A stretch of DNA of 64,000 nucleotides from Felis catus (Eukaryota): NCBI RefSeq assembly GCF_018350175.1, contig NC_058368.1:234672001-234736000 (forward strand), in the 5' to 3' direction. This document shows positions 36,863 to 50,105 of the stretch, in pieces. How positions within the stretch are numbered: the stretch's first letter is position 1; every line of letters starts with the position of its first letter. Both the position numbers and the translations under genes were made by a program. A model generated the notes under the pieces. The model did not search any database and had not been told where the DNA came from. It saw only the letters and a program-made list of their open reading frames with translations.

Positions 36863-37679
36863 CACTCGTTTCCAGGCTTCCTGGTAGGCACCGGACACCT
36901 GTTCTCTATTTTAAGCCCTCAGGATTCAGTTATTCCATTTTACAGAAGAGGAAAGTGATTTTCTTGGAGCTTCAGAGACCTGCCAGGACTGCACTCACAG
37001 GGTCCAGGTCAACTGCTAGACCAAGAATATGGCGAAAGGATGTGGAGGTGTTTGAGTTGGTGCTATGCCTGGTTACTTAAATTTTTAAAAACCTACTTTT
37101 CTTTCTGTTAAAAGAAATTTCTTGGACTGTTGGTCTGCCCTTGATAAGCTGTTTTTCTTTCTGTTAAATTAAAGTAAATTTGAAAGCCAAGGTTAATTGA
37201 AGCTAGAGCTTTCTGAGAGATGCATTCCCGTTTCCTTCTCTTGCTCTGAGCTGCTCTCCAGCTGGAGGAAGAGCTCAGGACCCCCAGGCACGGGGAGCGT
37301 ATATGCCGTGACTGATGGTTATATTGCCAAATAATTTAATTTTAAAAAATCCTTAAATGCTTAAAAATACTGCTACCCCAATTAAAATTTGTGATACAGG
37401 CGGCTGATTGATGGCCATCTCTTTTGCATCTTACATGTCCTACCTTGAATTATACAGATTATTAGCTTTTCCAAGCTTTCCAGATGTCACCTGCTGCTGC
37501 CGGGAAAGTAAACCTTGATTACTCGACCCTGACCCTGAACTTGGTCATCAGTCTGGCGATCACACGGGACAAGAAAAATATTTTCATATTTGGATTTGGA
37601 AAAAAGACGTGAGCAGAACACAAACATGTTTTTAATAAATTTTGAGCAGCTGTCTGCTTATAGAAAAAGTCTCTTTGTT

Positions 37680-37913
37680 GGGGCGCCTGGGTGGCTCAGT
37701 TGGTTGAACGTCTGACTTCGGCTCAGGTCACGATCTCGTGGTCTGTGAGTTCGAGCCCCGCGTCGGGCTCTGTGCTGATCGCTCAGAGCCTGGAGCCCGC
37801 TTCGGATTCTGTGTCTCCCTCTCTCTCTGCCCCTCTCCTGCTCATGCTCTGTGTCTCTCTCTCTCTGTCAAAAATAAATAAAACATTAAAAAAAAGTTTT
37901 AACAAAAATTAAA
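37680..37913 (+). mobile_element. Can-SINE
   Basis: TSD AGAAAAAGTCTCTTTGT at 37662-37678 and 37914-37930. Confidence 0.96.
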
Positions 37914-38077
37914 AGAAAAAGTCTCTTTGTCAAAGGAAGAGAATATTTTATGAAGGCATTGACTTGCTCAAAAAGGTGTGTTTGCAGCCCTTTTTTTCTA
38001 TAATGACATCATCCAGATTAGAAATATACCCCAATGACTTTTCCCTCCATTTGAAGTATGAAATTAAATTAAAATTC

Positions 38078-38114
38078 ATTTTATTTACTTTGAGAGAAAG
38101 AGAAAGAGAAAGAG

Positions 38115-38159
<45 letters not shown>

Positions 38160-38275
38160 CAAGCAGGCTCCACACTATTAGAGCAGAGCCCGAGGTGGGG
38201 CTCGATCTCACAAACCGCGAGATCATGATCTGAGCTGAAGTTGGAGGCTTAACCAACTGAGCCACCAGGTGCCCC
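38078..38275 (-). mobile_element. Can-SINE (older subfamily)
   Basis: (GA)n, CCAAGCAGGCTCCACACT, GCCACCAGGTGCCCC; TSD GAAATTAAATT. Confidence 0.92.
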
Positions 38276-38379
38276 GAAATTAAATTTTAAAAATTCACGT
38301 TAATTAACTGGCTTTTAGAAAATAAAGTCGAAATGCGGAAGAGTTGTTAAGATACTCTAGTTTGTTTCATTTTATACCC

Positions 38380-38495
38380 TGTCCTGGCTATTTTTTTCTG
38401 TGTGACCTTGGACAAGTTATTTAACTTCTCTGTGTCTCAGTTTTTTCATCTGAAAATGTCAATAGTTATAGTTCCTGACTCCCTGAATTGCAAAA
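38380..38495 (+). mobile_element. MIR core
   Basis: CTGTGTGACCTTGGACAAGTTATTTAACTTCTCTGTGTCTCAGTTTTTTCATCTGAAAAT. Confidence 0.85.
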
Positions 38496-39414
38496 GTTAA
38501 CATCACATAACAAATCAAAACGTCACCAAAAAAAAAAAAAAAAAAAAACAAAAACAAACCCATAACAAATGCTCAATAGATATTTTTGGTAGTAATAGTC
38601 ATTTCTTACTTATGGTAGATAAGGAGACCAGTCCTAGATTCAGGCAAATATGCTGGATAATGGTATTTAAGATTACAGAGCAAACAGATTCAGGGTTGTT
38701 TCTCAGCATAGTGTGCAGATGGCAAACCAGGCTACTATGGAATCAGAATCACATCACAGGTTTGTTGGAGTTCCAGCAGCTGCCTGTTTCCCTGGGGACT
38801 TTCCAGGGAGCAAGACAGAACTCCTGACCTCAAGTTACATCACGGCATCATCATCTCTGGACTGATCTGGTACGCCTGTTTTCCACAACTGTTTGGAGGT
38901 TACAAAGTTCGTACATAAGACTGTCAGGATAAATACTAGGAGTCCCTATGCTGGTGATTACGAATACAAAAAGCTTAGTTCCCAAATATTGCCAGTATGA
39001 GCACAGGTTGACAAAGATGTGGCCCTTCCCTTTCTTAGAGTGGTCCTCCTCGGCCACGGCGGAAGTTAGGCCCCCTGTGCCTTCAGAATGACTCACTTAG
39101 TGAAGCCGAAGCCAAGTTGTAAATTATTTCTGTAGTTTGGTAGTTTCGAGTATGGTCTTTTATTGATTTCTAATCACTCGTGAATAAGAAGTGTTGACCA
39201 AAAATTAAATTTACAAACAGCGCACTGATCGTAAACAAGATACTCAGACTAAAATGGGTTTTTAATTACCATCGGTGAATGGTTTACATTTTCCTTGTAC
39301 AGATCTTCTTAATTATCACCCTCATCATTTCTTTTCTCGATCTATTATTTATATTCAGTGAACAGTGACTATTTAGCTCCTATTGTACTTTTGTCCTTCG
39401 TTAGTGTTGGGACT

Positions 39415-39860
39415 ATAACCGTGCTATCTTGGCTCCCCCGAGAAGCAGACACGAGATACGATGGCACACGTGAGAAGTTACCAGGACGATGCCCGTGAAG
39501 GAGAAAAGTGAGGAGCCCAAGGAGGCAGTGAGAGCCTTCAGACCGTGAGGCAGGCCTGACACCGGTGAACAGAGAGGAAAGGTTGAGCAGAAAAGCTCCA
39601 CACCTCCGTGCAGGTTGGAGAAGGATCTGACCAGTCTGTTGAGTTAGTTATTCTCTAGCCAAAGCTGCTCTTCGCAGGAGAACTCTGGTCTGGCAAGAGT
39701 GTGCAGGCAGTGGCCGAGAGCGTGTTCCGGCAGCATGGGCTTGGTGTGCATGCAGTGAAGGCTGCAGAGGGCCGTGCCTGGGCCTGTGAATCAGTATTGT
39801 TCCCCACAGCAGGAGCACAGAGCAGTGCGTTGGCATGGGGACCACAGTCTCCTGTTTCAA
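39415..39860 (-). mobile_element. ERVL LTR (LTR16A-like)
   Basis: GAAGCAGACAC.AGATA..., GGAGGCAGTGAGAGCCTTCAGACCGTGAGGCAGGCCTGACACC, AGAACTCTGGTCTGGCAAGAGTG. Confidence 0.7.
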
Positions 39861-41079
39861 GAAGCTTGCTGCATGTTGGGATGTAGTGTCCTCCATAACC
39901 TCCTTGGAGGCATGTCCGGGATACCTGTGTAGGCAAGTGGGAAATAACCATTTGCATGGCTTCTGGAACTAATACTTGACCAGTAGAGAGACCTGGCACA
40001 ACAGCACACTGTCATCGTTGACAGTGTATGCTTGTTGAGGGCATATGATGTCTTAGCACCAAGGGACACAGTGGGGTGTTGCCTGATCGAGGCGGACAGA
40101 AAGCTGTCACCGCTAGCCTTCCCACGCACAAACTCGGGTGCCTTTGAATCTGTCCCCCTGTGGTCCCTTTGCTAGCTTCTGAGCTCTTTGAAGACAAAGA
40201 TGACAGTTTAGTTTCTCTGTGTTCCCCATGCACAGTAACGTTTAGGCATTTAGCAGATTTGTTCTCGTTGTCAATGAGCAACATGTTGAGACACTGATAC
40301 ATCATTATCATGATCACCATTGCAGTTGTCCCAAACCCCGTCTCCATCCCATATCATCTCTCCCAGGGAATCCTTTTAAGGAACAAGAGAATCACTGTCT
40401 TGTGGGACGGCCACTCACTGCCAAGGTGTCATTTGTAAGATAATGGCTGGCCTCCGGTAATGAAATAGAGGACAGACCTCCTTCCTTCCCCTGGATCTCC
40501 TTGCTTGCTGACTTGTGCCTTTTCTGTTATTCCTGCCATTTGCCTCCAGACTTCTTCAGGTATGAAAGGTGTGTCTCCCCCAATGAAATCCCTACTTGAG
40601 AAAGAACTGGACCTCAAGCTTACGTGGAATTACTTCCCGGAATTGTAACTTCCAGGGCTGTTTGCCCTCTGGTAGGAGAGCGCCATGATCCACAATCAGG
40701 GAAATATGAGCTAGAATTGAAATAGACTCACCTTCGTCCCCTCTGGGCTGTCCTCCTCTAGTTCATCCCTTTTCAATGTGGTTCACTTCGAGAATGTTTA
40801 GACATACAGAAAAATGTAGAGCACAATGTAAGGGACCACCATGGACTGTGACTCAGCCACATGAAATCTTAATACTTCACCATGTTCGCTTCATTCCTTT
40901 ACGGGCATAAAGTATCACAGGTGAGTCTTGTGAACGTTTGTCCTTGACTCTCTGCTGTCACTTATCACCCCTGGGCATGTTTTTATATTTTCCTATCAGA
41001 CATGTGCCTCCATAAACGATGAGTCATCTTGTTTTGCATGTTCTTAAGCTTAAACCACGTGATGTTTTGTTTGCGTTCA

Positions 41080-41627
41080 CTTTGAGGGTCCCCAGATCAC
41101 CCGAGGTTCCGCGCTTCCATAGTGGAAGGATTCCATGGTGCTCAGGCTCCCGGCTGTGACTTGTTGCAATGGGTCAGAGCGGGGAGGACGGGGAGTGCAG
41201 GGGGGGGGGGGAGGGTGAAGAACACAGTCAGAAAAGGGAAAGGCATGGGGGTGGGGGGTGGGGGTGGGGGTGAGGTCAGGAGGAAACCAGGCAGGAGCTT
41301 CCTAGGGTTTTGCCCACCAGCCACACAGAACACGCTTGTTCCTCTGTGTGTGAAGGGTTGTCCTCCAGGGAGTCTGACAGGGGCTCGGGCCCCAGGATTT
41401 TCATCGGGGGCTGCTCACGTTGGTGCCCCTGCCTGGCTCAGCACCCGGACTCCAGACGCCCCAAAGGAAAGCAAGTTCCAACACCAACTGCATTGTTTGC
41501 ACACCTAGTGTTACCATGCCAAGCTTGTTTTTGTTATTTAGGGGATGGAGGGAACCCTCTTGAAATCTGATGCATCTTTCTAAGGACAACAGGCCCAGGC
41601 TGGCCGTGTTCATGCTTTTTTTGCACA
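41080..41627 (-). mobile_element. MER21-like LTR nested in an old L1 relic (~40770-42050)
   Basis: GGGTCCCCAGATCACCC, AAAAGGGAAAGGCATGGGG..GAGGAAACCAGGCAGGAGCTTCC, CTCCAGACGCCCCAAAGGAAAGCAAG, ATTGTTTGCACA. Confidence 0.7.
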
Positions 41628-42713
41628 ACGTCCGTATTGCAGCAGCTTAAAAAAAAAAAATCAATATTATGGTTTTAAGATTCATCTACTTGATACATTA
41701 ATTCCAGTTAACTTGTTGAATTTTTATGGTATTCTATCGACGAGCATTTAAATTATTCCCTGTTTTCCCAAGTTGCAAGTAATTGCAGTAACCATTCTTT
41801 TAAATGTCTTCTTGGACGTCTGTGCAAGTATCTCTGGGCTCTGTGCACATCTTCAACTTGCTGGGAGTGATCAGAGTACTTTCCAGACTGCTTGCCTTGG
41901 GGTCCCACCAGAATGTGTGTGAACCCTCATTCCCTTGCCTCCTCACCAAAGCGTAGCACTGTCAGGATTTTCACTGAGCTGATTAGAACGAATGTTCTAA
42001 TGAATGTTCCCTTCATTGCAGTGAGTGAGATAGACACACACCTGGGTGGCAAGGGGCGAACACGGCAAGGACTCGGAACTGCTAGAAGCGGTCCATGCAA
42101 GCTCAGGACAGACAGAAGAGACGAGCCAACTCTCCCCAGCCGTTCACATCTCTGGCAAGCGTGCTTTGAGAAATACTGAAATAGCATTAAGGGAAGTTGC
42201 ACTTCCTGATCTATTACATTTATCTGTCATCAAATACTGCCAGTTTCTGGGTAAAAAATAATCAGGGTTCCTTCCTGTGATTCATATACCAGTCAGAAAT
42301 TCTTGGCTTCCTAGAACTCCAATAAAAACTCTGAATAGCTCAGTAATAATTCTTAACAGTACTTTCTTTTTGGCTGAAGAACTCCAAGAGTACGGTCAGG
42401 CACAAAGGGAAATGTTTTCCACATCTCCATAAGGATTTCTAAAGGGGCTTCCTTCCTTGAATGTCCCGTGTCAGCAGGATGGGGGCGTGATGCCCACTCA
42501 CATGCTTCGTGGATGCTCTGCAGCTCGCCCTGGGGAGACTGAGTCCAGTAAATGAGGTGCTCACAGGCCAGTGGAAGGCAGAGCAGACCAGATCAGTTGT
42601 CCCCAAGCTGTCCTGCCCAGAGACCTGCATCGGACACAGAGAAGGTGAGGAGGTCCATGGTTTACAGGAGACCTTGCCACCAAAAAGAGGAATTTATAAC
42701 AATAGCAAAGGGT

Positions 42714-43091
42714 TTTATGGGCTGAGTCATGTCCTTCCAAAATGCATAGGTTGAAGTTCTAGCCCCCGTTTGCCTCAGAATGTGACTGTATTTGGAGACA
42801 GGGTTTTTATAGAGGGAATTAAGTTGAAACGAAGGCATTCATGTGGGCTCTACTCCAGTATGACCAGTGTCATACTGAAGAGGAGATCAGGACACAGAGG
42901 GAAGACGGAGTGACGACACAGGGAGAAGATGGCCACTATAACCCGGGAGGAGGCATCAGAAGGAAGCAGTCCTTCCAGCATCTGGATCCTGGACTTCCAA
43001 GTCTTTAGAACTGTGAGAAAATAATACGTTTCTGTTGTTCAAGCCACTGAGTCTGTGGTACCCTGTTGCGGTGGCCCTGGGCGACTGATGC
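42714..43091 (+). mobile_element. MaLR solo LTR (MLT1A/B-like)
   Basis: CCTCAGAATGTGACTGTATTTGGAGACAGGG...TAGAACTGTGAGAAAATAA..TTTCTGTTGTTCAAGCCACTGAGTCTGTGGTA. Confidence 0.88.
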
Positions 43092-43724
43092 GGGACGCAT
43101 GATGGAGAGGTGTTGAAGGCAGGAAGGAGACAGCCTCAGAAAAGACATGCAGGGAGAAGGGAAGGTGTAGAGGGAGGAGAGTCTAGCTGGTATCTGTCTC
43201 CTTTGATGCTCCTCCCACCTCCCCCTCCCCATCTCTCGGTCATGCAGTGGAAAACGCATGTTGGGGAAGCCCTGTGGTTCACAGGTTGGAGCTCTAGCCA
43301 CCCAGGGAGAAGGCTTGCATTCTTCCCTCAGAGGCCCCCAGGGAAGGACTTGGGTGTGAGGTTGCCCCTAAAAAGCCAAGGTGCTGGGACGAGGAAGGTC
43401 AATGCTGGGGCAGCCATGAGGGTGAGCTGGCAGGGCCACCCTGGGGGCAGGAGAAGGTCCAGGAGGTCAAGGTTGGGCTGAGCAGATTACAAGGTGTTGA
43501 AGAGGGTGGTGGGGGTGACTCCCAGGGCTGGGGTGAGGACTTCACACTGCTGGCCAGGAGGAGCGAGCTGGGGTATGTTGCATGGGAGGTGGCCCCTGTG
43601 AGCATTGCTGAGATGCGTCAGGGGAGCCTGGCCCAGAGCACCCCCCGGGCTGCGGGTTTTAATCTTTCTTCTCGGAGCGTGATCGAAGGCGCTGAGCAGC
43701 AGAACGGCACGTTCAGGGTCAGAT

Positions 43725-43903
43725 CCCAGTTTGCTCTTTGGACCAACAGCTTCTGAATCAAGCGAGGCACTGGCTAAAAATTGGATTTATAGCCACACGC
43801 GAGACCTACTAAATCAGACTTCCTGGGGTGGAAGCCAGGAATCTAAATTTTTAACAAGCTCTCCAAGCAATTTGGAGACACACTGGGGATTAAGAATCAT
43901 TGA
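43725..43903. mobile_element. MER5-like hAT-Charlie MITE
   Basis: AGACCTACTAAATCAGACTTCCTGGGGTGGAAGCCAGGAATCTAAATTTTTAACAAGCTCTCCAAG..GAGACACACTG..TTAAGAATCATTG. Confidence 0.75.
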
Positions 43904-44939
43904 TCGGGTGTCTGGAGGAGTAACGTGGAAGTTGCTGGCAAAGACTTTGCCTGCCCCGTCTCTCCCCTCTTTGTTGCTTTCGACCTTACTCTAAGTAGAA
44001 CAAGTCTTGGTTATTTTGCAAGGTTATATTCCCTGGCTATAGAAAGCCAGCACGTGTGTGTACGTGTGTGTGCATAAGACTGTTTGCTATGAAACCCTTG
44101 AGAATCTGCTACGTGAAACCCACACTGCTTCCCTGGGGAGGCCAAAGGGAACAAAGCAAAACAGCTCAAAGAAAAGGATCAGGAAGCAGAAGCAGTTTGG
44201 ATTAACAAGACACTCAGCAAAGCTAATCTGTAACCCACTAAGGTCAAAATCAGGCAGGCAGGGCCCACTTTAGGGGCCTTTTCTCTTTTCCATGAGGGAG
44301 ACAGGCAGCCCTCTTGTGGGCAGGGGCCGATTTCAAGTGGAACAAGGTCCCTTCCCCTGACTTTGCCGGGGATGAAACCCTCATTATTGGGCTTCTTGTT
44401 TAGGTGACGATCCCGGCACGAAGGCCGTTCAGGAGATAGAGCGCATTGCTCACGATGCACAGCACCTTGTATGTTGCTTGGCGATACGTTGTCTCCATGG
44501 ACGTTGCTTCCTTACTGACTTGAGGCATGTGCACCTATGACGTATGTTCTCTCCAGGGGCTGTTTATGAGGGGAGGTGGTCAGGGCTCAAGCAACGATGG
44601 AAGGAGGGTCCTGACAGTGACACCTGGGGTGATACAGGACTCAGGACCATGGGGAGGAACGTGTGAAGAAGAAGCTATTGCCATTCTCTGGGCCAGTTCT
44701 GGTCCATCTTTGCAGGGTACTGTTATCTCTCACTGGACCATACTACACCTCTTACAATTCACTCTGCTTGTCTGAGGCTGTGTGTTGAACATGCGTCAGC
44801 TCAGTGCATTCCTTGGGCCATTTCTGCTCCTTGTTCAACAAAGATTACAAATAGATTAGGGAGGGGATCTGTGTCCATTAGGCTTGGTGGCTGTGACTTC
44901 CCACAGACATCTTTATGGCATTCAGGAATGTACGTAAAG

Positions 44940-46075
44940 CTCACACTTTGGTGAGGAAAGACTCACTAATCAAACAATCACAGTGAAGAATATATTAGAC
45001 ATGCTCTTGGAAGAAACAGAAGACCCTGAGAATGTGTAGCCCAGAGCTGGAATCCCCTGTGAATAAGAGAAGGTCCAGTTATTGAGATGCCCACACTCTG
45101 GGAGACTACACTGGACCTGGGAATACCAATTAGGTGAAAGAAACGACCTTGTAGAACAGCAAGGTGTGTCTGGGAATAGTCAGCTGTGGGGTCGATTTGA
45201 CAGGCATTTGGCAGGTGAGAAAGACGGGAGTTGGTGTGGAGTTGACACTGGGAAAGGAGAGGGAGACACCAAGGGTCATGCCGAGGTGGTGGCTTGTACA
45301 GTTGGTAAGTGGTTGGTGCCATTCTCTGAGGAGGGGAACGTTTGGGGCCATGCTCATGGTTGGGGGGAGCAAGGGTGGAGGTGATGAGTTCAGTGTCTGG
45401 TGGGTGATGAGTTGAGTTTGAGGTTACCTTGAGACATCCAAATGAAGACACTGAGTGAGCACTTAGACATGAAGGTCGAGAGCTCCATAGGCAGGTCTGT
45501 GCCTGGAAGGTTCACTTGGGGATCTTTGGGGTGTATTGCTGCCATGCTTAAAGTTGCCTCTGGTGTCTGCATCATTTATCAGCACCATGTCAACTGTTTT
45601 CGTCACCAGCTCCATTGCACCCAGAAATTCTGTGAATGAGGGCCTAAGGAGGAGAGAGATACGATCTGATTTGTGTTTCTCAAAAGACCACTCTGCCATG
45701 AGGAAGTGGACTGGGCATAGACCAGTGCAAGTGGGGAGCCCACATATGATGCTATTCTGATCATCTGGGGGAGACGTGTTGTAGGTGAGGACTCCTCGCC
45801 AGGATGGGGATAGGGAAGAAGATGGCTTTGGTTATATTTTGCAGGTGGAGCTGATAGGATTTGCTTGTGGGCGGGATGTAGGATGTGAGAAGAAGACAGA
45901 GATCAAGAAGAATTCTTAGATGTTTTGTCTGAGCAGCTAGGACAGTGGTGCTCCAATGCACACAGGTGCAGGAGACTGGAGGGGCAGCCATTGGGGAGGG
46001 GTGTGCCATGTTTGAGATGCCCACATTTACATCAAGTGGGGTATTAAAGAGAGAGCTGGCTGGAGTCCATTACTG
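44940..46075 (+). mobile_element. L2 relics
   Basis: GAGTTTGAGGTTACCTTGAGACATCCAAATGAAGA; GCAGGTGGAGCTGATAGGATTTGCTTGTGG..GATGTAGGATGTGAG. Confidence 0.65.
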
Positions 46076-47649
46076 AGGAGGAAAGGCTGGCTCCTTGGGA
46101 AACCCAGGAAGCGAGGGACCTCTGAGGGAATAGAGGGTGCCAAAAATTGGGGTCCTAGTTGAAGACTCTACATCCTCTGAGATGCTGCCTTTGGGACTGG
46201 GATGGGGGTGTGGGTCTCAGGTCCTAGCTCTCTCTCCCCTCCTTCCTGGCTCCATGCACACGTAATTATTCAGATAAATGAGATTGGAATGATTGCCAAC
46301 GGAGACCTAAATACTTTCATTCATCCTGTTAATTCTTCCTTTCCTCTTCCTTCTAAGGTATCTGAGAGGGAGACCAAGGGCAAGAGAGGACTGTCTTTGT
46401 CATAAGTGTCGGCACAGACGGGAGTGAAAACTTTGTACCAGAGCTCAGCGAATGGCCCTGCCACCCAAGTTGGCCTTATTTAACTGATTAAGGGACTTCC
46501 CGATCTTTGGAAAATCCTGGAGCTGGTGAAGACAGCTTAATCTTTCTGTACCTTAAATAGTTGCCTGTTGGCTGCTGTGGCCACCTGCTTTTCTTCTTGC
46601 TATTATCTCAAGAAATATTCTATTCTCTGTATGGACCACCCAACTTAACCATTCATACTGTCCTAACAACCAGTTTGATTCTGTCCCAGAACCCTGGACT
46701 TTACCTGCAGGACCCATGAGAGGACAGGGGCTCTGGGGAAAGTTCAGAGAGGGGGCAAATGTGTTCCTTCCCTAAGCTGTTTCTTTTCTGTTTTCAGGGA
46801 CCTTAATGCACATGTTCTATCTGATCTTCTTTCTGGATCAAGGGTTTTTCTGTGCTGTGTAAAAATGTAGTTACTTGTAAAACTGTGACCCAAACTTACT
46901 GTAAAATACCTCTTAGTTCTCGTAATAGTCAATATGTAGAAATGGCAGGAGTGGCCTGTGACCTTCCAGTTAGCTGTTGGCTGTGTCTTAATTGGTTGGG
47001 TTTCCAGATGTCAGATTTCTCTAGTGTCATGACATAACTTCCTTAGAGGGCTGGCTGCATGGATCCCGCCTGCAGGGAGCCAAGCTGGGTTTGGTCTACA
47101 TCATCCAAAGGCATATTAGATAGTATATGTTCCTAGCAAATGGTTGACAATTTCCAGTCCAGAAAACTTGCCAGCTGGGCCAAACCCTGATTCAATGTCT
47201 CCCTTTGAAGAGAACAAAACAAACCGTGAGATGGACGTCTACAGTCTGTCTATAGGAGTCTTCCTTATGTGGCTGGGGCAGGAGGCCCCATTGCTCAAGT
47301 GCAGGCCAGTGCAAGGACTCTGGGGCAGACTTGGAGTGCGGTCATCAAGGTCAGGTGCTGGTCCTTCCAGGACCTGAAGAGCTTGTAGCCTTGGGGCTCT
47401 GGGCTGGGCAGTCTCTGATCACTTCTAGGGAAGCCCCCTCCCTCCGTGTCTTGGTCGGCCACATGGTCCTTCAGTAGCCCAAGGCCACTGCAGATGGGGA
47501 GAGTAAGTAACTAGCTCCAGGTGTCTGGGGCGCTGTGCAGCTTCTGGGGGGAGAGCTGTTAGGTACAAACCAGCACAAGATGGGGCATTTCTTCCAGTTT
47601 CTGGTCTTGACCTCCATCCAATCTCTGAGTCACTAGATTATCTTTCTTT

Positions 47650-47693
47650 ACTATTTTATTTTATTTTTATTTTTAAAATGCTTATTTATTTTT

Positions 47694-47728
<35 letters not shown>

Positions 47729-47858
47729 TGCACAAGCAGGGGAGAGGCAGAGAGGGTGGGACAGAAGATCTGAAGCAGGTTCCTCATGGACATCAGAGAG
47801 GGAGATCATGATCTGTGCTAAGTCGGAAGATTAACCGACTGAGCCACCCAGGCACCCA
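47650..47858 (-). mobile_element. Can-SINE with internal deletion
   Basis: T-tail, (GA)n, TAACCGACTGAGCCACCCAGGCACCCC. Confidence 0.9.
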
Positions 47859-49649
47859 CTGGACTATTTTTAAAGCATTTTGGGGGGAATACATCCAGGC
47901 ATTTCACAGATGTGATGTAAAAATCTTCTCCCTTTCCTTCCCTACCCCCTCTTTTCTCCTTCTCCTTTTCTTCTTCCTCGTCTTCCTTCTATGGAATCAT
48001 TTCCATCTTCTCTCTGGCCACAAGTTCATCTATAGAATCCTTGAAATAAGGTCTCATGGTATTTGCAGTGCCATGAGGCTAGGTGACATAAATCAAATCA
48101 AATTGGGCTTGATTTTTTGCTGTACCTTTTGGGGACTTTTTCCTCCACTCTTGTCTCTGATCGATTTAAGACAAATGGTGCTATCTTTAATTTGCAAGTT
48201 CCCTACTTCAGCATTGCTCCCCTGATTGAATATCCTGTGACCTGATACTTCCCCTGAGAGGAGTTTCCCTTAAGGTCATTAATGCAATGATACCAAAAGT
48301 CATTTTCGAAATCAAATTTATTTCCATTGCTATAAATCTTCATTTTGATCCCCACAAGAGCTTACTTGAAATCTTTCATGGTCTGTTTCAAATTCAATTC
48401 GGTAGGATTTGACATAGTTTTCAAAGGCCCTCAGAACGGCAGGACCAAAACTTTGTTGGATATTGTTGTTGCCTGTGAAGTACACCCCTCCCCCCCACAA
48501 CAGAATTATTTCTTGCATTATGTTCATTTACTTTCTGGATTAATTTTCTGGTGGAAGAAGCTGACTGCTGATTTCTTCTGGGAAACACATAAGGAGTCCA
48601 GATTTTAATATATTCTTTCCTTCTGCCAAGAAAACTTCACGAAGCCTCAACTTTGTGAATATATATAACCCAGCTCTCAGAATTCATTTGTGCAGTAGTC
48701 TGAATTCAATCCATTAAGCTCCATCCTAAAGCCCCTGTGTATGCAAAATTCTCGCTAGGGTTTAAATTAATTGATAAATAGTTGCATCTTTAAGTTTCAG
48801 ATTATTTTAGAAAGTGCATGGGTTGGCTGTAATTTCTAAGGTGGTTTGTGATGATTGGCTGTCTCCAACAAAGAGGCTTTCACCAGTTGTGGAAACCTTG
48901 CTTATTTATCTCCTCATTATGAGTAAAAATAGATACTAATAAAGCCACCAGCGAGATGACCCAAACCTTGTAGCAGCTAAAGAAATGACAATTCAGCTGT
49001 TAAAAGTTGCAGGGAATAATTAAGCTGGTCGCTGGGAGGCCTCCGTCTCCCGTAAAGAGACCAGAAGTGCAGGGCGGCTACCGGGGCCTCAGTTGGGAAC
49101 GTCCCCAGCCAGTCTCTCTTGGGAGACTCTGTCCAGCTACTTTGGAGAGACCCCTTCTTCTGAATGGACTGATTCTGTCAAACCTCAACCATCGCAAGGT
49201 ACAGGGTGCATGCCTAGTGCTATTGGTTTTGGCACTAAGCAATCCTTGGATTCTTTCCTTATCAGATGTAGTGTCAGGTTTCCCATTCACTAAGTAATAT
49301 TCATGCAAAGTCACAACCGGGAACACTGGGGACTCACATGCAGCCACGGGTGTGACAGCCTGCGCTGATGGGGAGTGGGTGGAAGAGAGGCCTGCCCCTC
49401 TGGGTTTGGTCCTTCCTGAACTCAGAAGCCAGATCCTCTCCTGTCCCTTCCCACTCACTGGAATGTAGGTGGTGGAGACACAGAGCAGAAAGAACCTGGA
49501 TTCCTGCATGAGCCCATGGCAGAGAGTGGCTCCCCCTGCCCAGGGCTGGGCACGACGCAATGGGTTCGTGAGGAACTTCCTTTTAAACGTACTGCATTTT
49601 GAGATTTCGCAGGTTAGAACTTACAAACACTTACCCTGATGAACACACC

Positions 49650-50105
49650 GAATTAGTTCCCAAGGCCTCTGTAACAAAGCACCACAGACTGGGTGGCTTA
49701 CCCAACAGAAATTTATTATCTCATAGTTCTGGAGACAAAAGGCAAACTCAAGGCGTCAGCAAGGCCATGACCTTCTGAAACCTGCCCGGGAGACTTCCTT
49801 GCCTCTCAGCGTCTGGGGGTCCACTGGAAGTCTTTGATGCTCCTTGGCTTGTAGATGGGTTGCTTCCATGTTCACCTGGTGTTTTTCCTGTGTCTCCATA
49901 TTGTCCGCCCTCGATGCAGGTCAGCACCTGTGTCCCAGTTTCCCCTTTTGATGAGGACACCCGTTGTGTCGGTTTGGAGCCCAACCCTGATGACTTCATC
50001 GTAACTTGATTATCTCTGGAAAGACCTCATCTCCAAATATGGTCACATTCTGAGGTGCTGGGTGTTGGGACTCCTACGTATCTTTTTGGGAGACACAGTT
50101 CACCA
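49650..50105 (-). mobile_element. MaLR solo LTR (MLT1C-like)
   Basis: GTAACAAAGCACCACAGACTGGGTGGCTTA..CAACAGAAATTTATT...CCAAATATGGTCACATTCTGAGGTGCTGGG. Confidence 0.88.
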
